Shown one piece after another: positions 1 to 10,749 of a stretch of 64,000 nucleotides of DNA (position 1 is the first letter of the stretch; every line of letters starts with the position of its first letter). A program made the translations under genes and the position numbers. Where the stretch lies: assembly GCA_964291415.2 (NCBI GenBank), contig OZ219918.1:352001-416000 (forward strand), in the 5' to 3' direction. The notes beneath the pieces are model-generated. The model saw nothing but the letters and a program-made list of their open reading frames with translations. It made no database searches and had not been told where the DNA came from. Source of the stretch: Alphaproteobacteria bacterium. GTDB taxonomy: Bacteria > Pseudomonadota > Alphaproteobacteria > SP197.

Positions 1-68
1 CAGCGTCGGCGATAACCGGGAAGATCACGGACCCACGTGAATTCTGGCGAGATTCCAGCCCGTCCTGA
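1..68 (+). CDS. C-terminal end of a 3-isopropylmalate dehydratase/homoaconitase large-subunit-like protein (partial)
   Basis: Frame starting at base 3 reads ASAITGKITDPREFWRDSSPS*, matching the typical 'ASAxxGxITDPR' C-terminus of LeuC/HacA-type proteins. Confidence 0.6.
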   Translation, partial: ASAITGKITDPREFWRDSSPS

Positions 69-381
69 CGTCGCACCGGGCCGCGAGGCCCATCAACTCG
101 GTGCGCCGGATGACGGACCGCCAGGATCTGTACGCCCATGATGCACCATGGGGTCATGCGGCACGGAGCCTTCGTCACGCGAACGTGCGCTGCATCATCT
201 TCGGGGGGCTGACAAACGCGAACCGCGATGACGTCGTCCATGACCGGTCCGGTTCCAGCGTGCCGAAGATGGCTGGTGGTTCTTGACCGTTCCTGTCGGA
301 TTCATCACAGTATCGTCGCCGTCCGGAACCACGGCGTGTCGCTCAACAGGTCCACGAACTGTCAATGACGGAGGCTGGACC

Positions 382-1389
382 ATGTCGGACATCTTTCCCA
401 CGCTCGTCGAGGTTGACGTGTCACCGCTGTTCAATGGCACCGAAGTCGAGGTGGCCGAGACGGGAGCAGCCATGTTGGCGGCCATGGAGGCATCCAACGG
501 CTTTGTCGCGGCGGGCCTGCCCGGCGCTGCATCTCTCGATGCCCGGATTGGCAATCTGCTCCGCTTCTTCGAACTGCCCGAGTCCGAACGGCTGGCCCTC
601 GCCACGCGACGGCACCGTGCCGGCGCCGGACATTGCTACCGTGGTTATTTTCCGTTGCCCGAAGAGAGGGGCTGGGCCCACAACGAGATTTTCGATTTCG
701 GACCGCATGAGCCGTCCCGGGCGCCGCAGGATCATCCGGTCAAGCGATTCCTGGAAGAGACGAACCAGTGGCCGGCACGCGAGCCCCATGCAGGCTGGCG
801 CAGCGCCGCCGAGGCGCTCTTCGACGATCTGCGCGCACTTTCCGTTGCGGTCATGGCGGCGCTTGCCGGTGCGCTCGAAGAGGATGTGGGGGCCGTGATG
901 AGCAAGTTCGACGACGGCAACGGCACGCTCCGCATCCTGCACTATCCGCCACCGCCCGACGACTTCGTCGCCGCGCACAGGGAGAGCCTTCCAGAGCGGG
1001 TCGACGCCGCGGGACGACGCATCATCACCCACCGCCACACCGACGCCTGTGTCCTGTCGGTGCTTTGGCAGGACCGGATCGGCGGTCTGCAGTACGAAGG
1101 CCGCGACGGCACATGGCGCGAAGTGCCGTCAGGCGACGGGCGGCTTTCGATCCACGCCGGGCGCGCCCTGGCTCTGATGACCCGCGGTCGTATTGCGGGC
1201 ACGCCGCACAGGGTCGTCGGCACGGGACTGGACCGCTGTTCCCTGGGCTTTTTCCTGGAGCCCGGCTTTGCCGAGGCGATTGCCGTTGACGAGGACGAAC
1301 GGTCGTTCACCTACGCCGATCACATGAAGGACGACTTCGCCGATCTGGACGTCTACGCCGATGTCATGGGAGATGCGGTGGCGGCGTGA
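382..1389 (+). CDS. Isopenicillin N synthase-family Fe(II)/2OG oxygenase
   Basis: YRGY motif, LRILHYPP, HTD...H (TPHRV) facial triad and RxS (RCS); GGAGG RBS before ATG 382. Confidence 0.9.
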   Translation: MSDIFPTLVEVDVSPLFNGTEVEVAETGAAMLAAMEASNGFVAAGLPGAASLDARIGNLLRFFELPESERLALATRRHRAGAGHCYRGYFPLPEERGWAHNEIFDFGPHEPSRAPQDHPVKRFLEETNQWPAREPHAGWRSAAEALFDDLRALSVAVMAALAGALEEDVGAVMSKFDDGNGTLRILHYPPPPDDFVAAHRESLPERVDAAGRRIITHRHTDACVLSVLWQDRIGGLQYEGRDGTWREVPSGDGRLSIHAGRALALMTRGRIAGTPHRVVGTGLDRCSLGFFLEPGFAEAIAVDEDERSFTYADHMKDDFADLDVYADVMGDAVAA

Positions 1390-1499
1390 GGGAGCAACAC
1401 GACGACCGCCCCGGGCCGCTTCGATCACGCCCGGACGCCTGGTCACTCCATCATCGATACTGTCTGGCAAACCTCCCCGGCTCCTGAAGCGCGGATGTC

Positions 1500-2729
1500 A
1501 TGACCCGGCGCGCTGACAGTATCGAAGTTCGCTATGGCTGGGTCGTCCTCGCCGCATCTCTGGCGATCGGGACGATCGCCATGGCGGCACCCAACATTCT
1601 CTTTGTCGGCCTGAAGGACATTGCCTCCGACTTCGGGTGGCCCCGTGCGGGCCCCTCTCTGGCGTATTCCCTGCTGATGATGGGAAGTGGTGTGGGTGGC
1701 ATTGCCATGGGCCTGTGGATGGACAGGCGAAGCGTGATTGAGCCAGTCCTGTTCGGCTCGGTCATGATCGGTCTCGGCGCCATTGTCGCCAGCCATGCAG
1801 GTGCGCGCTGGGATTTCTATGTCGCCAACGGATTGCTTATCGGCGCCTTTGGCGAAGCGGCAATGATTGCGCCGCTCATTGCAAATGCCACGCGATGGTT
1901 CGATCGACGCCGGGGTCTTGCAGTGGCGATCATCGCGTCGGGCCAGGGCGTGGCCGGAGCAATATGGCCACCGGTCATAAGGTTCCTGAACGATTCCGTG
2001 GGGTGGCGGGAAACGTATCTCTGTTTCGGGATTTTTGCGCTGGCAACACTTGTGCCTCTTGCATTGTTCCTGAAACCGAAGCCACCGATTGCGTCTGCCG
2101 AGACAAGTCAGGGCTCCAGCATGGGTGAGTTTTCCGTGCTGGGACATTCTCCAGCAACGGTGCAGGCCTTGCTGTGTCTGGCGGTCGTGGGTTGCTGTAC
2201 GGCGATGGCGGTGCCGATCGTGCATCTCATCAGCCATGTGACCGACATCGGACTCTCGCGTTCCACCGGTGCCAGCATGTTGTCAGTGCTGTTTGCCGCG
2301 TCGTTTGTCAGCCGCATCGGATTCGGTTTGCTTGCCGACAGGATCGGAGCGGTCAGATCAATGCTGATCGCTTCCGGTGCCCAGGCGGTCATGTTGTTGG
2401 CCTTCGCATTCGTCACGACCGAAATCGGTCTGTATCTCGCCGCATTCATGTTCGGCATCGGCTTTGCCGGAATCATGCCCAACTACGCACTGATGATCAG
2501 ACATTGGTTTCCAGGCAGTCAGATTGGCTGGAGAGTGGGCACAACCTATCTGTTCGGGGCGATAGGCATGGCGATGGGCGGTTGGCTCGGAGGCGCACTC
2601 CATGACGTCACCGGTACATACACGCTTGCCTTCCTTGCCGGGTTTGGATTCAACGTGATGAACTTCATGGTGATTGGTCACCTCTGTTTGCGTCAGACCA
2701 AACTTCGACTCAGCCACCTTCCGGTCTGA
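1500..2729 (+). CDS. MFS transporter (oxalate/formate antiporter/MCT-like)
   Basis: About 12 hydrophobic segments; GLWMDRR, RWFDRRRGLA and GLLADRIG motifs. Confidence 0.9.
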   Translation: MTRRADSIEVRYGWVVLAASLAIGTIAMAAPNILFVGLKDIASDFGWPRAGPSLAYSLLMMGSGVGGIAMGLWMDRRSVIEPVLFGSVMIGLGAIVASHAGARWDFYVANGLLIGAFGEAAMIAPLIANATRWFDRRRGLAVAIIASGQGVAGAIWPPVIRFLNDSVGWRETYLCFGIFALATLVPLALFLKPKPPIASAETSQGSSMGEFSVLGHSPATVQALLCLAVVGCCTAMAVPIVHLISHVTDIGLSRSTGASMLSVLFAASFVSRIGFGLLADRIGAVRSMLIASGAQAVMLLAFAFVTTEIGLYLAAFMFGIGFAGIMPNYALMIRHWFPGSQIGWRVGTTYLFGAIGMAMGGWLGGALHDVTGTYTLAFLAGFGFNVMNFMVIGHLCLRQTKLRLSHLPV

Positions 2730-2927
2730 CCGTGGTTTCGGGTTGGACGCCCTGCGGCGCACTCGCTTCCGGAAGACGGTCTGGCATGGTGGCCAGCTGT
2801 TTCAGGGTAGCGATGTCCAGACGGACCCCGGCGTCCGCACACGCCGATGAGGGCCCGGGAATCGGGATCGCCACGTTCACTCTGCGATGAGGGTCGCGGG
2901 CGCACCGTGTTGCGACGATGACCGTGC

Positions 2928-3971
2928 CTAGAACTCGAACACGCCCTTTCCCGTCGACTGCTTGTCAAACAGGCGATAGGCGTTTTCCGCCTCGTCCAGG
3001 GAGAACCTGTGGGTGAAGATGCGGTCGAGATCAATGCCGCGTTCGGCGATGTATCTGGCGCAATCGCCCTGATCGACGCTTGAAAACGTCCAGGATCCGA
3101 TGATGGTCAACTGTCGGCGCATGATGTCCTTCGAGACGTCAAGAGTCACCGACCCACCTTCGCCGACAAGGCATGTGGTGCCCCAGGTTCGGGTCGAACG
3201 AACCGCCTGCACCCGCGCCGCCGACGCGCCGCTGCAGTCGATCGTGAGGCTGGCTCCCTCGCCGTGGGTCAAGTCCCTGATTGCCTCGACCGGATCGGTC
3301 ATGCCTGGATCGATGGTTTCGGCCGCGCCGAACATTCGGGCCATCTCCCGTCTTTCGTGGGAGAGTTCCACGGCGATGACGCGCGCGCCCATCTCTGCTG
3401 CAAGCAGGACGACGCTGAGGCCGACGGGACCCTGGCCGAACACGGCGATGGTGTCCCGTCCAGTCAGGTTCATGCGCTTGAGTGCCCTGAAGGCCGTGCC
3501 GGTTCCACAGGCAATTGCCGCACCTTCCGAGAACGAGAGCGCTTCGGGCAGGGTCACCAGGGTGTCCGCCGGCACGCGCATGTAGGGGGCATGGGCCCCA
3601 TGTGCCGTGGCGCCGTAGACCACGAAGCCATCGGAGCACAGTTGCTGCCATCCGGAGCGGCAGGAAGAACAGACGCCGCATCCGCTGTAGTGATGGCACA
3701 TGACGCGTTCGCCCAGCGCCAGACGACCTTCGGGAACATCCTTCCCTCGGGCAACGATCACGCCGCAGGGCTCATGTCCGGCAATGACCGGCCCGTCCAC
3801 AAGGTCGAGGCCCAGGGACTTGGCGCCTTCGGCAGCCCGATAGAAGTGCAGGTCGCTTCCACACATGCCCGACGCCTTGATTTCCAGCACAACATCGCCC
3901 GGGCCCGGCTCCGGGTCGGGAAAGTGCATCAGTTCAAGGACGCGGTTTCCGTGGAATACGACACCTTTCAA
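2928..3971 (-). CDS. Zinc-dependent alcohol/polyol dehydrogenase (MDR family)
   Basis: CGSDLH, GHEPCG, structural Zn CxxCxxC-x7-C, GQGPVG Rossmann motif; TTG start. Confidence 0.92.
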   Translation of the reverse strand: MKGVVFHGNRVLELMHFPDPEPGPGDVVLEIKASGMCGSDLHFYRAAEGAKSLGLDLVDGPVIAGHEPCGVIVARGKDVPEGRLALGERVMCHHYSGCGVCSSCRSGWQQLCSDGFVVYGATAHGAHAPYMRVPADTLVTLPEALSFSEGAAIACGTGTAFRALKRMNLTGRDTIAVFGQGPVGLSVVLLAAEMGARVIAVELSHERREMARMFGAAETIDPGMTDPVEAIRDLTHGEGASLTIDCSGASAARVQAVRSTRTWGTTCLVGEGGSVTLDVSKDIMRRQLTIIGSWTFSSVDQGDCARYIAERGIDLDRIFTHRFSLDEAENAYRLFDKQSTGKGVFEF

Positions 3972-4079
3972 CGTGCCGGCCTCTCGAGTGAATGGACCCG
4001 CTGCGCAATTCGGTGAGCCGTGGCATGAGATCCTGGCGGCCCGGGACGCTCCGTCGCGGAGTGACGTTCGCCGGTGGAG

Positions 4080-5567
4080 TTATCCGATGACAAAGGGGTT
4101 GTCCATGCTTTCGGCCATGGAGATCCAGACGCTCTTGGTCTGCAGATACTCCCGGATCGCCTCCTGCCCGAGCTCCCTGCCCAAGCCGCTCTTCTTGTAT
4201 CCTCCGAACGGCGTGGTGTAGCTCACGGCCCTGTACATGTTGACCCAGACGGTTCCGGCCTGCAGCCGGTTCGCCATGGTGATGGCCCGGCGCATGTTCT
4301 CCGTCCACACGCCGGCCGCCAGGCCGAATGCGACATCATTGCCGATCGCCACCGCATCGTCGTCATCCCTGAACGGAATGACCGACAACACGGGCCCGAA
4401 CACCTCCTCCTGGGCAATGCGCATGTCATTTCGCACGCCTGTGAAGATCGTTGGTTCGACGAACCAGCCGTCACCGCATTCCGGCCGGGTTGCCTTCCCG
4501 CCTCCGAGCACGACTTCCGCGCCCTCGTTCCTGGCTATGTCGATGTAGGCAAGCACCTTATCGAACTGGGGCATGTTGGTGACGGGCCCGACATTGGTGT
4601 CGGCGTTCATCGGATTCCCCATTCTCGCCCTGCTTGCGAAGGCGACGAGGCGGTCCACGAATGCGTTGTGAATGCTCTCCTGGACGAGAAGTCTCGATCC
4701 CGCCACGCAGGTCTGGCCGCTTGCCGCGAAGATGCCCGCAACGGCACCCTTGACGGCGTTGTCGAGGTTGGCGTCCGCAAAGACGATGTTCGGCGACTTG
4801 CCGCCGAGTTCGAGACTCACGCGCTTGATGTCACGAGCGGCATCCGAATAGATGCCCGCCCCCGTCTTCTCGGATCCGGTGAAGGAGACCTTGCGCACGA
4901 GCGGATGATCGATCAGGGGTTGCCCGGCTTCTGGCCCGAAGCCCGTCACGACGTTGACCACGCCTTTCGGAAAGCCCGCGCGTTCAACGAGTTCGATAAA
5001 CTTGAGAGTCGAGGCGGAGGTGTACTCGGACGGTTTCACGACAACGGTGTTGCCCGCGGCAAGTGCGGGCGCGAGTTTCCAGGCGGTGAGCAGCAGCGGC
5101 GAGTTCCAGGGCACGATGGCCGCACACACCCCCAATGGCTCGTGTCGTGTATAGGTGAAGGCCGCCTTGTCGGTCGGGATGACCGATCCTTCGATCTTGT
5201 CGGCCAGTCCGGCGAAGTAGTGGTAGAAGCTCGGGGCGTACCGCAACTGCCCCGCCATTTCGCTGAGCAGTTTGCCGTTGTCCCTGACCTCGAGCCGGGC
5301 GAGATCATCCGCGTTCTCGGCAACCAGTTCTGCGAGATTGCGCAGCAAGGCGCCGCGCTCGCTGGCGTTGAGGTCCGGCCAGGCGCCTGTAGTGAAGGCG
5401 CGATGCGCCGCCCGGGCTGCACGATCGGCATCATCAGCCGTGCCGCGCGGAACAAGACACCAGGGTTTGCCGGTGAAAGGGTCGTAGCTCTCGAAGTAGG
5501 TACCGGAAGCATGTTCGACGAATGCACCGTCGATGTACATTTGCAGTTTGGGCAGATCCTTGGTCAA
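4080..5567 (-). CDS. Aldehyde dehydrogenase
   Basis: PWNSP, KPSE, FTGS, LELGGKSP, catalytic Cys in GQTCVAGSR, EEVFGPV, PFGGYKKSG; TTG start estimated. Confidence 0.93.
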   Translation of the reverse strand: MTKDLPKLQMYIDGAFVEHASGTYFESYDPFTGKPWCLVPRGTADDADRAARAAHRAFTTGAWPDLNASERGALLRNLAELVAENADDLARLEVRDNGKLLSEMAGQLRYAPSFYHYFAGLADKIEGSVIPTDKAAFTYTRHEPLGVCAAIVPWNSPLLLTAWKLAPALAAGNTVVVKPSEYTSASTLKFIELVERAGFPKGVVNVVTGFGPEAGQPLIDHPLVRKVSFTGSEKTGAGIYSDAARDIKRVSLELGGKSPNIVFADANLDNAVKGAVAGIFAASGQTCVAGSRLLVQESIHNAFVDRLVAFASRARMGNPMNADTNVGPVTNMPQFDKVLAYIDIARNEGAEVVLGGGKATRPECGDGWFVEPTIFTGVRNDMRIAQEEVFGPVLSVIPFRDDDDAVAIGNDVAFGLAAGVWTENMRRAITMANRLQAGTVWVNMYRAVSYTTPFGGYKKSGLGRELGQEAIREYLQTKSVWISMAESMDNPFVIG

Positions 5568-5587
5568 GGCAGATGTTCCGTTGGTTG

Positions 5588-7156
5588 CTAGTACCAGGCG
5601 TCGTTCATCGACGCCTTTCTTCTGGTGCAGTACGCCGTCAGCTCTTCGTCGACGGCGGCGTTGATCGGCGGCTTCTCGTAGTCCTCGAGAATTTGTGTGC
5701 ACAGGGCATGGGCTCGTTCGAGGGTGTCCTTGCTTCCTCGATCCGTCCACGCCTCGAAACTGTCGGAATCCGGCAGTTCCGTTCGAATGTTGGCTGTCGC
5801 GGCATTGCGCAGCGTATGGCCGCAGCCAAGGAAGTTGGACTCGTCGCCGAGTTCCAGGAAGGCATCGCCGGCAAGGGTGTTGTCGTCAACGTCCAGGCCC
5901 CGCAGGGCTCGCGCGATGCCCGTGCACTTCTCGGCATCGGCAATGAACTTCTCGAAGCCTATCGTCAGACCGCCTTCGAGCCAGCCGGCGGACTGATGGA
6001 TGAAATGTGCACCGCCCATGACCGGCGGAGTCATCGATGCGACGGATTCCTCCATGGCCTGCGCGTCGAGGAGTTTCGAAGCCGTCAGATGTCCGCCGCA
6101 TCGAACCGGTAACCCGAGACGGCGCCCGAGCTGGACGATCGCGAAGTTCGCGAGACTCGATTCCGGCGTACCGTAGGTCGGTGCGCCGCTCCTGAGGTCC
6201 ATGGTGGTCACGAAAACGCTGTAAAGCGCGGGCGAGCCCTTTCGCACGAGCTGGGAAAAGGCGATTCCAGCCATGGCTTCCGCATGGGCTTGCGCCAGGG
6301 TCCCAGCCATCGTGGCTGGCGACATGGCACCGGCAATGATGAAGGGCGTGATCATGTTGGCCTGATTGGCCTTCGCGTAGGTTCTGATTGCGCCGGTCGT
6401 TTCCGCGTTGAAGGTCAAAGGCGACTGCACGGCAGTACCGGCCAGGACCACGGCATGGTCGTCCAGAAAGCCGTCGCCGAAGACAATGCGCGCCAGTTCG
6501 AGCGTGTCCTCGCCTCGCTCCGGCGTGCTGACGGCTCCCATGATCGGCTTGTCCGAGTATCGCAACTGGGAACAGACGATGTCGAGGTGCCGTTTGTTGA
6601 CCGGTAGGTCGGAGGGCTCGCAGATCAGCGCCGGGTTGTGGTGAAGTGCCGGCGCACATTGCAACAGCTTCGTCAGATCCTGATGGTCCTTGATCGTGCC
6701 GTACCGGCGGCCCTGCCTCATGTCGGTGACGAAGGGTGCACCGTCGGCCGGGGCCATCACGACATTGTCGCCTCCGAAGACCACGCTTCGCGACGGATTG
6801 CGCGCATGCATCGTGAAGGTCGAAGGCGCTGTGGCGCAAAGCGATTGCACCAGGCCACGATCGAACCGAACGCGGTCTCCATCAACACTGGCGCCTGCAT
6901 TCTTGAACAGCGTGCGTGCACCCGGGTCTCCCGTGATGCGGATGCCGATTTCCGCCAGGAGCCAATCCGCCTGTGTCTCGATTCCTTCCAGGGCCTCTTG
7001 CGACAACAACTCGAATCTCGGGATGCGGCGGACAATGTACGGCGAGTCACATGCCTTCGGTGTTTCGCGAAAGCGTCTCGTTCGCCTGCTCCGGCGCCGG
7101 GGAACGTTTTCCCTGCCTGTTGCGGAGTGATGTTCCTCCTGGTTCCCGTGTGTCAT
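5588..7156 (-). CDS. Trimethylamine methyltransferase (MttB)-family protein, non-pyrrolysine type
   Basis: Family-typical segments RYGTIKD, CEPSDLPVNKRHLD, PATMAGTLAQ, DLRSGAPTYGTPES, SAGWLEGGL; no in-frame TAG. Confidence 0.9.
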   Translation of the reverse strand: MTHGNQEEHHSATGRENVPRRRSRRTRRFRETPKACDSPYIVRRIPRFELLSQEALEGIETQADWLLAEIGIRITGDPGARTLFKNAGASVDGDRVRFDRGLVQSLCATAPSTFTMHARNPSRSVVFGGDNVVMAPADGAPFVTDMRQGRRYGTIKDHQDLTKLLQCAPALHHNPALICEPSDLPVNKRHLDIVCSQLRYSDKPIMGAVSTPERGEDTLELARIVFGDGFLDDHAVVLAGTAVQSPLTFNAETTGAIRTYAKANQANMITPFIIAGAMSPATMAGTLAQAHAEAMAGIAFSQLVRKGSPALYSVFVTTMDLRSGAPTYGTPESSLANFAIVQLGRRLGLPVRCGGHLTASKLLDAQAMEESVASMTPPVMGGAHFIHQSAGWLEGGLTIGFEKFIADAEKCTGIARALRGLDVDDNTLAGDAFLELGDESNFLGCGHTLRNAATANIRTELPDSDSFEAWTDRGSKDTLERAHALCTQILEDYEKPPINAAVDEELTAYCTRRKASMNDAWY

Positions 7157-8060
7157 GAATCCGTCGCACCGCGATCGGTCCAGCCATGAGTAAACGAGCG
7201 CGTTGACCTTTGCGTACCCTGCTGTTTTCCAGGAATCGAATCATCCGCGGGACGCGGATGATTGGACCAATGACCCGACGGGTCTGCGCCCCGGCAAATG
7301 ACCGAATCCCTGTTCCAGCCGTCGCTCGCACGGACGTCACATGACAGGTAACGCATCGCCAGACCGCAACGGCGACGATCGGACCGGTTGGGTTCCGATC
7401 CGTGGAGGACCCAGTCGCTGTGGAGCGAAATCTGACCGGCCTTGAGCTCGAGCGAAACCGGTGCATCGCCATAGCGTTCCGGGTTGTCGACAGTCTGGCT
7501 GAGAACATTGTGCTCTTCCGGCGTACTGCGGCGAAAGGGAACACCCGGGTGCAGATGCGAGCGGGGAATGACCCGCATCGCGCCGTTCGCCAGACAGGAA
7601 TCGTCAATGGCGAGCCAGACCGAGATCACCTTGCTCGGTGTCAATGGCCAGTAAGAGGCGTCCTGATGCCAGCTCACGCGATGGCCGTCACCGGGAAGCT
7701 TGATGAAAAAGTGGCAGTTCCGGAGAATGACCGTTCTGCCCAGGAAATCCTCCACGATATCGACGATGCGGGGATGGGTGACGAGATCGTAGACGCCTCG
7801 GCAATAGAGGTGCCGTCGAAATTGGTCAGTTCGCCCGCCGTCCAGCCGGCGGCAAGCGCCCTCGTCAGCAGGTGGTCGAAGTACTCTCGAATGTCTGCCA
7901 CTTCGCGATCGCTGAAGACATCGACCGGTGCCAGAAATCCCTGATCGTTGTAGCGTGAAATCTGCTCCTTGCTCACGGTTCCGGGTGACTCCACGCCGAG
8001 CGGACAAAACCTGAGCTCCCGTTCGAGGTCTGGAAACGCGTTCGTATGCCCCGCCATCAT
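7153..8060 (-). pseudogene. Phytanoyl-CoA dioxygenase (PhyH)-family Fe(II)/2OG dioxygenase with one frameshift near 7815 (pseudogene or sequencing error)
   Basis: N-terminal part (YNDQGFLAPVDVF) lies in ORF 7674..8252; C-terminal part (WHQD...LHGSEPNRSDRRRCG) lies in ORF 7153..8007; the 908-nt total is not a multiple of 3. Confidence 0.8.
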
Positions 8061-8324
8061 GTCTTCCCTGTCAGGATGACCGGCCCAATGACTGGTCCAG
8101 CACTCATGGTAGTGCAATGGCGCCTCCCCGGCCAAGCTGGTCATATGGCGTGCGAACCTCGCGTTCGCCCAGGCCAGGAGACTCCACAGGCTCGTCCGAT
8201 TGAGCCTGTGCAGAACATTGTGTGCTGACGTGGACTGCGGCGATCCATCCAAAGGGCGTCAAGGCTCGCCTTGCACCCGGACCGTCTGTCCGGCAGAAGG
8301 TGATGGGCGATCCGGAAGGGACAC

Positions 8325-9428
8325 ATGACGACGATTCCCTCGACCATGGCGGCCGTCCTGCTCACCGGCCACGGTGGGCTGGACGTGCTGGAGTACCGGG
8401 AGGACGTGCCCGTCCCCGATCCCGCGACGGGCGAGGTGCTGATCAGGGTTGCCGCCGCGGGGATCAACAACACGGATATCAACACGCGGATTGGCTGGTA
8501 TTCGAAGAAGGTGACAGGCGCGACATCCGAAGGTCCGGCGGCAATCGACGCATCCGACGCGTCTTGGGCCGGTGTGGCGATGACGTTTCCGAGAATCCAG
8601 GGAGCCGACTGCTGCGGCAGGATCGTCGCCACCGGCGAAGGTGTCGATCCCGCACGCATGGACGAGCGCGTCATCGTCCGGAGCGTGATTCCCGCGCCTG
8701 CGGCATCGAATCCGTTCGAGTGCTGGACCTTCGGGTCGGAGCGCGACGGCGCCTTCGCCCAGTTCGCCGTGGCGCCGTCTGCCGAGGCGTACGCCGTGAC
8801 GAGCGACTGGACGGATGCCGAACTGGCCTCCGTTCCCTGTGCCTGGTCGACCGCCGAGAACATGCTGGAACGGGCGCGTGTGGGGGCGGAGCGGATTCTC
8901 GTGACCGGTGCCTCCGGTGGTGTCGGGTCGGCGGCGGTGCAGCTGGCCCGGCGCCGGGGAGCCACGGTCATCGCGGTGGCCGGTGCCGCCAAGGCGGAAG
9001 GTGTCCTGTCGCTCGGGGCCAGCGAGGTGATCGACCGCGATGCCGATCCCGCCGCCGCGCTCGGACAGGAATCGGTCGACGCGGTCATCGACGTCGTGGG
9101 CGGCGCGGCATGGCCGCGTTTCCTTGACATCCTGAAGCGCGGCGGCCGGTACGCGACATCCGGCGCCATCAGCGGGCCGCTGGTCGAGCTCGATCTGCGG
9201 ACACTCTATCTCAAGGACCTGACGCTCGTCGGCTGCACGGCCCAGGACGACATCGTCTTTGACAACGTGGTGCGTGCCGTCGAGGAGGGCACCGTGCGCC
9301 CCCTGGTGGCCGCCACCTTCCCGCTCAGCGAGATCAGGAAGGCGCAACGCACCTTCATGGCCAAGGCCCATATCGGAAAGCTCGTCCTCCTTCCGCCTCC
9401 GGTGAAGGGAGAGGGCCGGGCAGGCTGA
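8325..9428 (+). CDS. Zinc-binding alcohol dehydrogenase/quinone oxidoreductase-like MDR protein
   Basis: GINNTDINTRIGWY, PRIQGAD, TGASGGVG, HIGKLVL. Confidence 0.9.
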   Translation: MTTIPSTMAAVLLTGHGGLDVLEYREDVPVPDPATGEVLIRVAAAGINNTDINTRIGWYSKKVTGATSEGPAAIDASDASWAGVAMTFPRIQGADCCGRIVATGEGVDPARMDERVIVRSVIPAPAASNPFECWTFGSERDGAFAQFAVAPSAEAYAVTSDWTDAELASVPCAWSTAENMLERARVGAERILVTGASGGVGSAAVQLARRRGATVIAVAGAAKAEGVLSLGASEVIDRDADPAAALGQESVDAVIDVVGGAAWPRFLDILKRGGRYATSGAISGPLVELDLRTLYLKDLTLVGCTAQDDIVFDNVVRAVEEGTVRPLVAATFPLSEIRKAQRTFMAKAHIGKLVLLPPPVKGEGRAG

Positions 9429-9441
9429 AAAGAGGAGGAAC

Positions 9442-10677
9442 GTGACCGTGCCCGTCATCAATGGCGCGAGATTGCTGCGCGACCTCGAGGCGCTTCGCAC
9501 GTTTGGCAAGTGCGGCAACGGCGTGGTTCGCCAGTCCCTGAGCGAGATCGACATGGAGTCGCGCCGCTGGCTGGTGGAGCGCATGTCGGATGCCGGACTC
9601 GATGCTCGCATCGATGGCATCGGCACGGTCTTCGGCCGCTCGCGCAATCCCGGAAAGGCGCTGCTCGTCGGATCCCACACGGATACCCAGCCCACGGGAG
9701 GCTGGCTCGATGGCACCCTGGGTGTCATGTACGGCCTCGAAACGGTGCGCGCCTTCGCCGAGTCCCGCGAAACCCGGGATCTTGCCGTCGATGTCGCTTC
9801 CTGGATCGACGAGGAAGGGACCTTCTTCGGCCTGCTGGGAAGCAAGATGTTCTGTGGCCTCGTCGGGGAGGCCGAGCTTGACGGGGCCAGCGACGCCGGC
9901 GGGCGGACCTTGCGGACAGCGCTCCGCGATGCCGGTCTCGAGGGGTGCCCTGTTGAACGCTGCGTACCCGACCGGTACCGGGCCTACATGGAAGCCCACA
10001 TCGAACAGGGGCCGTGGCTCGAGGAGGAAAGGAGGCGCGTCGGCGTCGTCACCGGCATCGTCGGCATCCGGGATATGTCGATCCGGTTCGAAGGTCAGCA
10101 GAACCACGCAGGCACGACCCCGATGGCGCGACGCCGGGACGCCGGTGCGGCGCTGGTGGCCTTCGCCGCACGCGTTCACGAGGTGTTTGCCGTCCATGCC
10201 GGACCACGTTCCGTGTGGACGATCGGCAACATTCGTCTCGAACCGGGCACTGCCAGCATCATTCCGGGACGAGCGTGGATGTCCCTGCAGTACCGCGATG
10301 CCGATGAGACGCGGATGGACCAGTTCGGGGTTCTTGTCGAGGAACTGGTCCGCGAGTGCAATGCGTGCGGTCCGGCGACCGTGTCGATGGAGCCGGCGAA
10401 GGACCGGACCGCCGCTGCCCTCATGGACGCGGATCTGCAGCGATACCTCGAGGCGGCGGCCGAGCGCCATGCCCCGGGCGCATGGATGCCGATGCCGAGT
10501 GCGGCGGCCCATGACGCCCAGAACCTCGCACGGATCCTGCCCAGCGCCATGCTCTTTGTGCCGAGCAAGGGCGGCATCAGCCATGCCTTCGAGGAAGACA
10601 CCTCAAGGGAGGATATCGTCCTCGGGTGCCAGGTCTTCGCCGACGCCATCGCCTCGGTCCTGCTCGAGGGAACATGA
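9442..10677 (+). CDS. Zn-dependent hydrolase, N-carbamoyl-amino-acid amidohydrolase/allantoate amidohydrolase (M20) family
   Basis: GSHTDTQPTGGWLDG, DEEG, EAHIEQGP, NHAGTTPM, AAHDA, GGISH. Confidence 0.92.
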   Translation: MTVPVINGARLLRDLEALRTFGKCGNGVVRQSLSEIDMESRRWLVERMSDAGLDARIDGIGTVFGRSRNPGKALLVGSHTDTQPTGGWLDGTLGVMYGLETVRAFAESRETRDLAVDVASWIDEEGTFFGLLGSKMFCGLVGEAELDGASDAGGRTLRTALRDAGLEGCPVERCVPDRYRAYMEAHIEQGPWLEEERRRVGVVTGIVGIRDMSIRFEGQQNHAGTTPMARRRDAGAALVAFAARVHEVFAVHAGPRSVWTIGNIRLEPGTASIIPGRAWMSLQYRDADETRMDQFGVLVEELVRECNACGPATVSMEPAKDRTAAALMDADLQRYLEAAAERHAPGAWMPMPSAAAHDAQNLARILPSAMLFVPSKGGISHAFEEDTSREDIVLGCQVFADAIASVLLEGT

Positions 10678-10749
10678 CCGGGGCAAAGTCGTGCAACGGC
10701 ACCGCTCGTCGTGCATGATGTTCGTTGCATGCACGAAGGGGATTCGCTC

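Noticed and set aside
4074-5591. Long antisense ORFs (for example 4074..5591 +, 8259..9845 -, 13281..14729 -, 36483..38090 -, 63168..63767 -)
   Set aside because: They are shadow ORFs opposite well-supported genes, as expected in high-GC DNA, and carry no recognisable motifs
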